Below are positions 19,822-28,224 of a stretch of 64,000 bases of DNA, piece after piece (positions within the stretch are counted from its first letter, which is position 1; every line of letters begins with the position of its first letter). The stretch comes from Mollicutes bacterium (GTDB taxonomy: Bacteria > Bacillota_I > Bacilli_A > RF39 > UBA660). The stretch lies in the NCBI GenBank assembly GCA_012520435.1, contig JAAYOI010000007.1:964-64963 (forward strand), read 5' to 3'. The position numbers and the translations under genes are program-made. Below the pieces are notes generated by a model that saw only the letters and a program-made list of their open reading frames with translations, was not told where the DNA came from and did no database searches.

Positions 19822-21141
19822 TTAGGCCTCCTGCTTTAACATTTTCTTAAATTTCTTTTCAACATCAAAGTATAAGATACAATAAATTCTTTTTAAACTG
19901 TGCTTTTTGATAACCTTTAACATTTCATCAGACGATAAACAAATAACAATTTTTTTAGGAATAACATTCGCATATTTTAATCTAACGGCAATATCATGCG
20001 CAAATGTTCCAACACATATAATTTTATTGATTGAATCATCATTTAACATTTCAAAATTGATATCCCATAACCATGATAAATCTTTTAAATTATATCTACC
20101 ACTAATTCTATCAAACCCTATAACAACCGTTTTTGGTTCTTTTTGTTTAGAAACATATTCTAATGATTGATTATAAGAAATAGGTGTTTCGTTTTTGCTT
20201 AATAACAGAATAAAGTCTTTATTATCAACAGTCATAATATCTAATCTTTTAATTTTTAAAGATAAATTATTTATAGCTTCAACTGTTTTTTCTTTAGGAA
20301 TGTTAGATAAAGAAGCAACAGTATAACATGCCAGTAAATTATAAACGTTATATAAAGACGTACTATTCATTTTTATTTCTACAATATCAACCATAAAACT
20401 GCTATCACTTACTAATTTGGCTTCATAATCAGGTTTAACTCTTTTAAAATCATTATTAGAACATTCATAGTTTCCTAAATTACCATAATGATAATAAGTA
20501 AATCTTAACTTTTTATTACAAATTGGACAATATACTAAATCTAAAGTATTTAAAGCGGGTTCATTTTTAGAATAAATCGTTTTACTTAAGCCATAGAAAG
20601 TTACGCTTCCTTTATGATATAAACTAAATTTAGAAATTAATGGATCATCAGCATTCAATACTAAATGGATATCACTACTAATATGAGCATTAATATCTTC
20701 CCAAACAATATCAAAATGACCATTGCGCGCTAATTGATCACGAGAAAGATTATTAATAATAAAGTAATTTGGTTTGATATATTCAATAACTTTTTTAACA
20801 TACCTCTCATCAATTTCTAAAATTAAAACATCAGCTTTTATTTTTCCCAAAATATTTGCATTTTCAATTAAACAGGTAAGAATTCCTGCTTTTAAATTAG
20901 AACCTCTTGTATTATTGGCAACCTTAAATCCTGCATGTTTATAAATAGCTGTTAAAGTATTAGAAATAGTTGTTTTTCCCGTTGTTCCCGTAACCGCAAT
21001 TGTAATTTTAGGCATTTTAAAATAATTAAAAATATTTTCATCTATTTTTAAAGCTAAAGATCCTGGATAAGCTGAACCTTTATTAAATTTTCTTAAAATA
21101 AATCCTATTATTTTACAAATAAGAACAATAAATGGTTTCAT
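19822..21141 (-). CDS. murT: lipid II isoglutaminyl synthase subunit MurT (Mur-ligase family with C-terminal DUF1727 Cys ribbon)
   Basis: VTGTTGKTTISN P-loop. Cys cluster CPICNKK...C.NN. Start moved to MKPF (21141), which has an AGAGGTG RBS and a TTATAAT -10; the longer track ORF starts with 19 extra residues. Confidence 0.75.
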   Translation of the reverse strand: MKPFIVLICKIIGFILRKFNKGSAYPGSLALKIDENIFNYFKMPKITIAVTGTTGKTTISNTLTAIYKHAGFKVANNTRGSNLKAGILTCLIENANILGKIKADVLILEIDERYVKKVIEYIKPNYFIINNLSRDQLARNGHFDIVWEDINAHISSDIHLVLNADDPLISKFSLYHKGSVTFYGLSKTIYSKNEPALNTLDLVYCPICNKKLRFTYYHYGNLGNYECSNNDFKRVKPDYEAKLVSDSSFMVDIVEIKMNSTSLYNVYNLLACYTVASLSNIPKEKTVEAINNLSLKIKRLDIMTVDNKDFILLLSKNETPISYNQSLEYVSKQKEPKTVVIGFDRISGRYNLKDLSWLWDINFEMLNDDSINKIICVGTFAHDIAVRLKYANVIPKKIVICLSSDEMLKVIKKHSLKRIYCILYFDVEKKFKKMLKQEA

Positions 21142-21271
21142 ATTCGCACCTCTTATTAAATTATAACACATTTCGACTTTATAGAGTAATAAAAACATCT
21201 TTTTTCTAGTTTTGTCGAAACTATTTATAATTTAAAAAGGGGGTGTTATTATTTAGGAGGACGGTGATAAT

Positions 21272-21511
21272 ATGAAACTTGATATGGAATATACCAAAAA
21301 CACTCTATATATAAATATATCGGGTATTATTAATAGAGACGGAATAAAAAAATTAAGAAAAAAAATGTTTTATATTATTGAAGAATATAATATTTATGAT
21401 ATTGTTATCGATATTAAAAATAAATTATCAATGGATGCGGATGCCTTTTATAATTTGTTAGATGAATATGATATAAAATATGGCGGGAATTTAATTGTAG
21501 TCGATAAATAG
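21272..21511 (+). CDS. small hypothetical protein (79 aa), possibly STAS-like
   Basis: ORF with GGAGG RBS. Followed by two palindromic hairpins at 21512-21570. Confidence 0.35.
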   Translation: MKLDMEYTKNTLYINISGIINRDGIKKLRKKMFYIIEEYNIYDIVIDIKNKLSMDADAFYNLLDEYDIKYGGNLIVVDK

Positions 21512-21583
21512 ATTTAAAAATTTAAATCTATTTTTATTTTCATAAATAAATCTATTTTTTAATAGATTTATATAGGTGGGTTT

Positions 21584-21823
21584 ATGAAATTAATTGATCG
21601 CTTTCGTAATTATATATTAGAAGAAGAATTTACGATTAATATTTATCCTAATAAGATAAATATTGTTAATTATACAAGTATTAATCATTTTGATAATCAT
21701 AAAGTTGTAATAAGACATAAGGATGGGGAAGTTATTATTAATGGTAATAATTTAGTAGTATCGAGATTATTATTAGATGAAATTTTAATAACGGGGGATG
21801 TTAAAAATATAGAATTAAGGTGA
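21584..21823 (+). CDS. yqfC: sporulation protein YqfC (YabP family)
   Basis: 79 aa, YabP-like (VVIRHKDGEVIINGNNLVVSRLLLDEILITGDVKNIE). Immediately followed by yqfD, as in B. subtilis. Confidence 0.7.
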   Translation: MKLIDRFRNYILEEEFTINIYPNKINIVNYTSINHFDNHKVVIRHKDGEVIINGNNLVVSRLLLDEILITGDVKNIELR

Positions 21824-21824
21824 T

Positions 21825-23012
21825 TTGATGAAGAATGCGTTTTTTGAAAGATTATTTGGGATGGTTAAATTAAGAATAAAAGGAAGAAATATTGAACGAT
21901 TTTTAAAAAGATTAGTTGATCAAAAAATTGAATTACATAAAATCATTTATTTACACTACAATGAAGTTGATATTATTGTAAGTAAAAAAGATTATGAAAG
22001 AATAAAGGAAATAAAAACTATTTATGATATAAATATAATAGATAGTTATGGTATGATTAAAATAAAGAAAATAATCAATTTAAATAAAATAGTAATTATT
22101 GGTATTATTTTAGGTATAGGTTTACTTCTTTTTTTATCAAATTTAATATTAAATATTGAAATAATTCATACTAATAAAGATTTAAGAAATTTATTAACTA
22201 AAGAATTAGAATTATATGGAATAAAAAAAAGAGGATTTAAAAAAAATTATTTTGAACTTCAAAAAATAAAAGAACAAATTATTTTAAAACATAAAGATAA
22301 AATTGAATGGTTAGAAATAGAGAGTGTTGGAACTAAATATATTGTTAGAGTTCAAGAAAGAAAATTACCAATTATTGAAAAACAACCAGAGAATCGTCAT
22401 ATTGTAGCTAGTCGTAATGCGATTATAAGAAGTATTGAAGCAGAACAAGGAGTAATAGTAAGAAATATTAATGATTATGTAAGACCTGGCGATATCATTA
22501 TTAGTGGAGAAATTAAATTATATTATACGGTTAAAGAAATAGTAGGAGCCAAAGGAAGAGTATTTGGCGAAGTTTGGTATCAAACAAAAGTTGAATATCC
22601 TTTTATTTATAAAGAAGAAAAAGAAACGGGTAAAAAGAAAAAAGTTTTAGTTTTACAATTATTAAATAAAGAAATAGAGTTATTTAATTTTAAACCTTTT
22701 AAAAATAAGAAAAAAGAAAATAAAATTTTATTAGAAAATAATTGGTTACCAATTAAACTTATGTGGCAATATCAAAAAGAAATAAATATTATTGAGGAAA
22801 TTAATACGGAAGAAGAAGCTATTAATAAAGCTATTGCCTTAGCACGTGAGAAAATGCAGAGTAAATTAGATGACAATGAATATATTATTAGTCAAAATTG
22901 TTTGAAAGTTACAATTAGAAATAGTACAATAGTATTAGATATGTTTTATGCGGTACATGAAGATATTACTAGTTATCAAAGAATAGAAGAAATACCTAAG
23001 GAAATAGAATAG
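21825..23012 (+). CDS. yqfD: stage IV sporulation protein YqfD
   Basis: 395 aa with a single central TM. GEVWYQTKVEYPF and RHIVASRNAIIRSIEAEQGVIVRNINDYVRPGDIIISG align with B. subtilis YqfD (GETWYRSEVTVPL / PRNIVAKKKATITRMFVQKG...LLVSG). Confidence 0.7.
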   Translation: MMKNAFFERLFGMVKLRIKGRNIERFLKRLVDQKIELHKIIYLHYNEVDIIVSKKDYERIKEIKTIYDINIIDSYGMIKIKKIINLNKIVIIGIILGIGLLLFLSNLILNIEIIHTNKDLRNLLTKELELYGIKKRGFKKNYFELQKIKEQIILKHKDKIEWLEIESVGTKYIVRVQERKLPIIEKQPENRHIVASRNAIIRSIEAEQGVIVRNINDYVRPGDIIISGEIKLYYTVKEIVGAKGRVFGEVWYQTKVEYPFIYKEEKETGKKKKVLVLQLLNKEIELFNFKPFKNKKKENKILLENNWLPIKLMWQYQKEINIIEEINTEEEAINKAIALAREKMQSKLDDNEYIISQNCLKVTIRNSTIVLDMFYAVHEDITSYQRIEEIPKEIE

Positions 23013-23022
23013 GGGTGAGTTC

Positions 23023-23634
23023 ATGTTAAGAGCAAGTATTATAAGTATTCTTGAAGAAATTGGTTTAACCATCTTTTTGATTTGTTTTGGAATTGAACTC
23101 ATCCGTTTTATGTATTTAATTGCTAAAAAGAAAAAAATTATTTTTTATAAAGAAATATTATTTTTAGGTTTTGTTATTTATATTGTTTGTTTATTTTATG
23201 TCGTTACTTTTCAAGATGTTAATTGGTCTACCTCTAATTATGTTCCATTTGGTGAAATGCTTCGTTATACTTTTGGAAGTAAGTTATTTTTTAAAAATGT
23301 CATAGGTAATATGGTTATGTTTTTACCATATGGTTTTTTTATTTCATACTTTTTTAAAATTAAAAAAGTATGGATTATGTTTTTATTAACCTTACTTACA
23401 TCCTTATCCATTGAAACAACACAATCAATGATTGGACGAGTTTTTGATATCGATGATATTATTCTTAATTTATTAGGTGGAATTATGGGACATTATTTAT
23501 ATCGGTTTTTAGATAATATTAAAAGTCATTTACCAGTTTTCTTGAAAAAAAGAATTATTTATAATATAATTATGTTAGGTATACTAGTAGGAATTATTTT
23601 ATATTTACTAAACATTATAAATATAGGAGTGTAA
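23023..23634 (+). CDS. VanZ-family membrane protein
   Basis: NMVMFLPYGFF...ETTQSMIGRVFDIDDIILNLLGGIMG fits the VanZ consensus. Confidence 0.65.
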   Translation: MLRASIISILEEIGLTIFLICFGIELIRFMYLIAKKKKIIFYKEILFLGFVIYIVCLFYVVTFQDVNWSTSNYVPFGEMLRYTFGSKLFFKNVIGNMVMFLPYGFFISYFFKIKKVWIMFLLTLLTSLSIETTQSMIGRVFDIDDIILNLLGGIMGHYLYRFLDNIKSHLPVFLKKRIIYNIIMLGILVGIILYLLNIINIGV

Positions 23635-23636
23635 TA

Positions 23637-24086
23637 ATGAAGAATAAAGTTGGTTTTTTTAATGAAACAGATGAAGAAATAAAAGAATTAGAAGAAATAA
23701 AAAAGTTAATAGAATATGCTTTAAAAAGGGAAAAATTAGAAAATGTTGAATTTAATATTGTTATTGTCGATAATGCAACGATTCATAAATTAAATAATGA
23801 ATATCGGGGGGTTGATAGTCCCACAGATGTTTTATCTTTTGCTTTAGAAGATAATTTGGATATTAAATTACCTGGTATTAGATTACTAGGTGATATTTAT
23901 ATATCATTAGATAAATTAAAAGAACAAGCCAAAGAATATGGTCATAGTTTTTTAAGAGAACTAGCTTTCCTTACCATTCATGGATTTTTACATTTATTAG
24001 GATATAATCACATGGATCAAAAAGAAGAAGAAATAATGTTTAAAAAGCAGGAGTTGATTTTAGATGGATATGGAATTAAGAAATAA
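23637..24086 (+). CDS. ybeY: rRNA maturation RNase YbeY
   Basis: HGFLHLLGYNHMD zinc-binding motif. 149 aa. Confidence 0.88.
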   Translation: MKNKVGFFNETDEEIKELEEIKKLIEYALKREKLENVEFNIVIVDNATIHKLNNEYRGVDSPTDVLSFALEDNLDIKLPGIRLLGDIYISLDKLKEQAKEYGHSFLRELAFLTIHGFLHLLGYNHMDQKEEEIMFKKQELILDGYGIKK

Positions 24087-24459
24087 ACAAAAAAGAAGAA
24101 GTTTAAAAAGATTTATAACTAGTTTTAAACATTCTTTAGATGGACTTAAATATGCTTATAAATATGAACAAAGTATGATTATTCATTTAATAGTTGTAAT
24201 ATTGGTAGTAGTATTTGGAGTATGGCTCAAAATAAGTTTAATGGAATGGTTATTATGTTTTATTTTAATTGGTCTTGTTCTTGCAACCGAACTTGTTAAT
24301 ACTTCTTTAGAAGCGGTGGTTGATCTTACTTGTCCTAAAATTCATCCTTTAGCGAAGATTGCCAAAGATACGGCATCGGCTGCTGTTTTTGTTTTTTCGC
24401 TAATCGCTTTTATTAGTGGTTTAATTATCTTTTTACCTAAGATTTTAGAATTGATGTAG
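24064..24459 (+). CDS. dgkA: diacylglycerol/undecaprenol kinase DgkA
   Basis: ATELVNTSLEAVVDL motif and three TM helices. Overlaps the ybeY 3' end. Confidence 0.8.
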   Translation: MDMELRNKQKRRSLKRFITSFKHSLDGLKYAYKYEQSMIIHLIVVILVVVFGVWLKISLMEWLLCFILIGLVLATELVNTSLEAVVDLTCPKIHPLAKIAKDTASAAVFVFSLIAFISGLIIFLPKILELM

Positions 24460-24467
24460 GTGATAAC

Positions 24468-24851
24468 ATGAAGGAAAGATTATTAAAACTATTAGATAAT
24501 GCTTATGCTCCTTATTCAAATTATAAAGTTGCTTCTATTGTAGAAACTAAAGATGGAAAAATTTATGAAGGTGTTAATGTTGAAAATGCTTCGCTTGGAG
24601 CATCGGTATGTGCTGAGATGAATGCGATTAATGATGCCGTTGAAGATGGATATCGTAAAGGTGATTTTAAAGCTTTATATGTAATGGTTGCAAGTGATCG
24701 TTTAGCTTTTCCTTGTTTTATTTGTAGACAAGTAATTACAGAATTTTTTAATCTTGAAGATGACTTAATTTTAATGAATAAAAACGAAACCAAAAAATAT
24801 AAAATCAAGGATATTATAGTTCATCCTTTTTCAAGTGAGGATTTAAAATGA
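24468..24851 (+). CDS. cdd: cytidine deaminase
   Basis: CAEMNAI and PCFICRQVITEF zinc-ligand motifs. 127 aa. Confidence 0.88.
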   Translation: MKERLLKLLDNAYAPYSNYKVASIVETKDGKIYEGVNVENASLGASVCAEMNAINDAVEDGYRKGDFKALYVMVASDRLAFPCFICRQVITEFFNLEDDLILMNKNETKKYKIKDIIVHPFSSEDLK

Positions 24852-25732
24852 AATCAGGATTTGTTAGTTTAGTGGGAAGACCTAACGTTGGTAAATCCAC
24901 TTTACTTAATAGTATTATTGGTAAAAAAATTGCGATTATCTCTGATAAACCACAAACAACAAGAAATCTTATTCAAGGGATTTATAATGAAGAAGATACC
25001 CAAATTGTTTTTGTTGATACACCAGGTATTCATAAACCTAAACATAAATTAGGTAAATATTTAAATAAACAAACATACTATACTATTAATGATGTTGATG
25101 TTATTGTTTTTTTAATTGATGGTAGTGAATCTTTAGGGCCTGGTGATAAATATGTTATTGAAAAATTAAAAGAAGCAAATAAACCAGTTATTTTGGCTAT
25201 TAATAAAATTGATAAATTAAATAAAGATGAAATTTTGTTAAAGATTGATGAATACAAAGATTTATATAATTTTCAAGAGATAGTACCATTATCTGCTTTA
25301 AAAAATGATAATGTTGATACTTTAATTAAAGTTATCAAAAAATATTTACCAGATACAATTAAATATTATGAAGATAATGGAGTTACAAATAAGCCATTAG
25401 AATTTATGATGGCTGAAATTATTCGTGAAAAAGTATTAATGTTAACCGAAGAAGAAGTACCACATTCGGTTACATGTGTTATTGAACATTTTGAAAAAAA
25501 AGATGATATTTATACAATAAATGCTACTATTATTGTGGATCGTGAATCTTTAAAAAAGATTATTATTGGTAAAAAAGGTAATAAAATAAAAGAAATAGGA
25601 ATTTTATCAAGACAAGATTTAGAAAGCCTTTTGGGTGGAAAAGTATATTTAGATTTATATGTTAAAACAATAAAAAAGTGGCGCAATAAAGAGAAATATT
25701 TGGCAGAATTTGGCTTTAATAAATTTGAATAA
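24848..25732 (+). CDS. era: GTPase Era
   Basis: G1 GRPNVGKSTL, G3 DTPG, NKID. C-terminal KH domain. Overlaps cdd by 4 nt. Confidence 0.92.
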   Translation: MKSGFVSLVGRPNVGKSTLLNSIIGKKIAIISDKPQTTRNLIQGIYNEEDTQIVFVDTPGIHKPKHKLGKYLNKQTYYTINDVDVIVFLIDGSESLGPGDKYVIEKLKEANKPVILAINKIDKLNKDEILLKIDEYKDLYNFQEIVPLSALKNDNVDTLIKVIKKYLPDTIKYYEDNGVTNKPLEFMMAEIIREKVLMLTEEEVPHSVTCVIEHFEKKDDIYTINATIIVDRESLKKIIIGKKGNKIKEIGILSRQDLESLLGGKVYLDLYVKTIKKWRNKEKYLAEFGFNKFE

Positions 25733-25775
25733 ATAAAAATTATAATCACCACTATATTATTGAAAGGGTGGTTAT

Positions 25776-25865
25776 ATGAATAAAGAATTATTATGGCAAT
25801 TATTTAAAACTACAGGAAAAATAGAATATTATATTAAATATAAAGAATTAGAAAGGAAGAAGTAA
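25776..25865 (+). CDS. yqzL: YqzL-family small protein (29 aa; absent from the ORF track)
   Basis: MNKELLWQLFKTTGKIEYYIKYKELERKK fits the YqzL pattern (W.lF..TG.i..YL..KE.E). It sits between era and recO exactly as yqzL does in B. subtilis. RBS AAAGGGTGG upstream. Confidence 0.55.
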   Translation: MNKELLWQLFKTTGKIEYYIKYKELERKK

Positions 25866-26123
25866 ATGAATATTGTTGAAAAAAGAGATGTTGTAATTGG
25901 TGGTATATACCGTCATTTTAAAGGAAAAATGTATAAAGTATTAATGATTGGTTATGATAGTGAAACCAATAATGATGAAAATCCAAGAAAATTAGTTATC
26001 TATCAAGCTTTATATGGGGATAATAAAATTTGGGTTAGAGATTATGAAATGTTTTTATCAGAAGTTGATCAAGATAAATATCCCGATGTTACCCAAAAAT
26101 ATCGTTTTGAATTAGTAGACTAG
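25866..26123 (+). CDS. DUF1653 family protein
   Basis: GGIYRHFKGKMYKVL...ETNNDENPRKLVIYQALYGDNKIWVRDYEMF matches the DUF1653 consensus. Confidence 0.65.
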   Translation: MNIVEKRDVVIGGIYRHFKGKMYKVLMIGYDSETNNDENPRKLVIYQALYGDNKIWVRDYEMFLSEVDQDKYPDVTQKYRFELVD

Positions 26124-26131
26124 GTGATTTT

Positions 26132-26869
26132 ATGGAAATAAAAAAGATTGAAGGAATAATCATAAGTGAAAAAGATTATAGTGAAACAAGTAAGATTTTA
26201 AATATTATTACCAAAGATTATGGTATCATTAGTGCGATTGCCAAAGGTTGCAAATCTTTAAAAAGTGAACTTAGAAGTGTAAGTAATAAACTAACTTATG
26301 GTTATTTCAATCTTTATTACAAAGTGGATAAATTATCCACTTTGATTAGTGTTGATGTTATTGATAATTTCCGTAATATTAAAACGGATATTAAAAGAAT
26401 TAGTTATGCAAGTTATTTATTAGATATAACTGAACAAGTAATGAAACAAAGTACGAGAAATGATATTTATGATTTATTAATAAGTAGCTTAATTAAAATT
26501 AATGAAGGTTATGATCCGATGGTCATTACCAATATTTTAGAATTAAAATATTTAGATTATTTAGGTGTTATGCCTATTATTGATCGATGTGCGATATGTG
26601 GTTCTAATACTTCTATTATAACTTTATCAAGTTCTAAAGGTGGATATATTTGTAGTAAGTGTTATACTAATGAAAAAAGAGTTAGTTCTAAAACAATTAA
26701 AATGCTTAGAATGTTTTATTATGTTGATATATCTAAAATATCTAAGTTAGATATTAGTGAAGAAGTAAAAAAAGAAATAAATACTTTTTTAGATGAATAT
26801 TATGATCAATATACCGGTTTATATTTAAAAAGTAAATCTTTTCTAAAAGGCTTAAATAAAATATGTTAG
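26132..26869 (+). CDS. recO: DNA repair protein RecO
   Basis: OB-fold N-terminus. Zinc ribbon CAICGS...CSKCY. 245 aa. Positioned after era/yqzL. Confidence 0.82.
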   Translation: MEIKKIEGIIISEKDYSETSKILNIITKDYGIISAIAKGCKSLKSELRSVSNKLTYGYFNLYYKVDKLSTLISVDVIDNFRNIKTDIKRISYASYLLDITEQVMKQSTRNDIYDLLISSLIKINEGYDPMVITNILELKYLDYLGVMPIIDRCAICGSNTSIITLSSSKGGYICSKCYTNEKRVSSKTIKMLRMFYYVDISKISKLDISEEVKKEINTFLDEYYDQYTGLYLKSKSFLKGLNKIC

Positions 26870-26877
26870 GAGATATT

Positions 26878-27321
26878 ATGGCTGAATATAAATATTTAGT
26901 AGTTGCTTTTACAACATTAGTTTTAGCCCAATCAATTAAATTTACAATTGAATCAATTCGCGATAATAAATTAAAGTGGGGTAGATTCTTTAATGGTAGT
27001 GGTGGTATGCCTAGTTCTCATAGTTCATTTACTTTTTCACTGGCCATAATGCTAGGTTTTAATGAAGGCTTTACTTCTCCCTTATTTGCAATCGCCTTAG
27101 TTTTTTCATTAGTGGTTGCTTATGATTCGATGGGTCTTAGAAAAGAAAGTAGTAAGCAAGCAGAAGCAATTAATAAAATAGTTGAAGAATTTATTAATCG
27201 CCATTATAAAATTGGAATTAAGCATTTAAAAGAAGAATTAGGACATAATCCTATTGAAGTAATTGCCGGTATGTTTTTAGGTTTTCTAACAAGTAGTTTT
27301 TTTACATTTGTAGTTTTTTGA
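26878..27321 (+). CDS. divergent PAP2 family protein (YuiD-like)
   Basis: GGMPSSHSSF aligns with B. subtilis YuiD GGMPSSHSAA. C-terminal LGHNPIEVIAG matches LGHQPIEVFFG. Start set at MAEYKY. Confidence 0.8.
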   Translation: MAEYKYLVVAFTTLVLAQSIKFTIESIRDNKLKWGRFFNGSGGMPSSHSSFTFSLAIMLGFNEGFTSPLFAIALVFSLVVAYDSMGLRKESSKQAEAINKIVEEFINRHYKIGIKHLKEELGHNPIEVIAGMFLGFLTSSFFTFVVF

Positions 27322-27365
27322 TAATATTTAGTAATATGTGTTAAATAAATATGATACATTATTAG

Positions 27366-27448
27366 CACACAAATTGATTGTGGTGCGAAAAAATGCATAT
27401 AATAATAATGCTACTATTGTAGCAAAAAAAGCTGGTGATTCCCACCAA
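27366..27448 (+). ncRNA. possible degenerate ToxI-like repeat RNA (type III antitoxin remnant)
   Basis: Noncoding stretch upstream of toxN containing three loosely related direct repeats (attattagcacacaaattg / attgtggtgcgaaaaaatgc / attgtagcaaaaaaagctgg), followed by a terminator. The arrangement fits a toxI-toxN locus, but the repeats are irregular and degenerate. Confidence 0.25.
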
Positions 27449-27468
27449 TAAGAGGAAATGAAAGAAGA

Positions 27469-27499
27469 GACCAGAGAGCACACTCTAGTCTTTTCTTTT
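27469..27499 (+). terminator. intrinsic terminator between the toxI-like region and the toxN-like ORF
   Basis: gaccagag-agcaca-ctctagtc hairpin (one mismatch) followed by TTTTCTTTT. Confidence 0.55.
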
Positions 27500-27547
27500 G
27501 GTTATTTTTAATGTATAATAAGTACAATAAATGGTGGTGATAGAATC

Positions 27548-28042
27548 GTGAAAAATTTTAGAATTGTAAAAGTTGATCATGAATATTGTGATTATTTAAG
27601 AAAATTTGATAATAAAGTTTGTTATAATAAAGGCAGTAAAGAATTAAGACCATTTATAGGTATTTTATTTACTGTAAATAACTATGAATATTTTGCGCCA
27701 TTATCTAGTCCTAAAGAAAAACATAAAAAAATGAAAAATACTTTAGATTTTGTTAAAATAGATAATGGAAAATTAGGGGCAGTTAATTTTAATAATATGA
27801 TTCTTGTTCAAAGTATCAATTATAAATTAATTGATTTAAAATAAAAAACTGATAATTTAAAAGAACAAAAATATATTAACTTATAATCGCAATTACTTTG
27901 GTTAAATAGAAATAAAAGGATTGTTAGAGGAAAAGCAATAAAACTATATACCAAATACAAAGATAAAACTTTACCAAAAAATATAATGGATAGATGTTGT
28001 AATTTTCTTTTGTTAGAAGAAAAATGTAAAGAATATAATTAA
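27548..28042 (+). pseudogene. toxN: toxN/AbiQ-family type III toxin (endoribonuclease) gene with two in-frame stop codons
   Basis: GTG start. N-terminal 98 codons MKNFRIVKVDHEYCDYLRKFDNKV...RPFIGILFTVNNYEYFAPLSSPKEKHKK...NNMILVQ match AbiQ/ToxN (MKFYTI...YL..FD.KV...AFIGIV..I.G..YLAPLTSPK..H...MIP). In-frame TAA stops at 27842-27844 and 27884-27886. The same frame continues to 28042 (...KAIKLYTKYKDKTLPKNIMDRCCNFLLLEEKCKEYN), restoring the full ~165-codon family length. Confidence 0.65.
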
Positions 28043-28047
28043 TCTTA

Positions 28048-28078
28048 TTGACAATTATATATTTTTAAGGTATATAAT
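28048..28078 (+). promoter_or_regulatory. sigma-A promoter of the glyQS leader
   Basis: TTGACA (28048-28053), 17-nt spacer, TATATA/TATAAT. Confidence 0.6.
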
Positions 28079-28210
28079 AAATGTAACTTATATATCAATG
28101 CGATGATGGGGTTGGAATCCCGGAGCAATATACTAAAAGCGATTCTTCTAGAATAAGTAAGGTGGAACCGCGGGGTAACTCGTCCTTACAACTATTCTGG
28201 AAGTTTTTTT
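28079..28210 (+). promoter_or_regulatory. T-box riboswitch leader (Gly-specific, short glyQS type)
   Basis: T-box sequence AAGGTGGAACCGCGG at 28158-28172. A long terminator helix (ttctagaataagtaagg / ccttacaactattctggaa) followed by TTTTTTT at 28204-28210. The track ORF from 28162 runs through this leader; the true start is 28225. Confidence 0.7.
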
Positions 28211-28224
28211 ATAGGAGGGGTAAA

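Noticed and set aside
27458-27490. Tiny ORF MKEETREHTL with an AAGAGGA RBS just before the toxN terminator.
   Set aside because: Ten codons that overlap the terminator hairpin. It is more parsimonious to read the region as part of the noncoding toxI-like RNA than as a leader peptide.
28162-28224. The track ORF start for glyQS at 28162 ([21 protein letters not shown]...).
   Set aside because: These codons are the T-box and terminator of the glyQS leader (GGTGGAACCGCGG...TTTTTTT). The conserved GlyRS N-terminus begins at MNLEKIV (28225), which has a GGAGGGG RBS.
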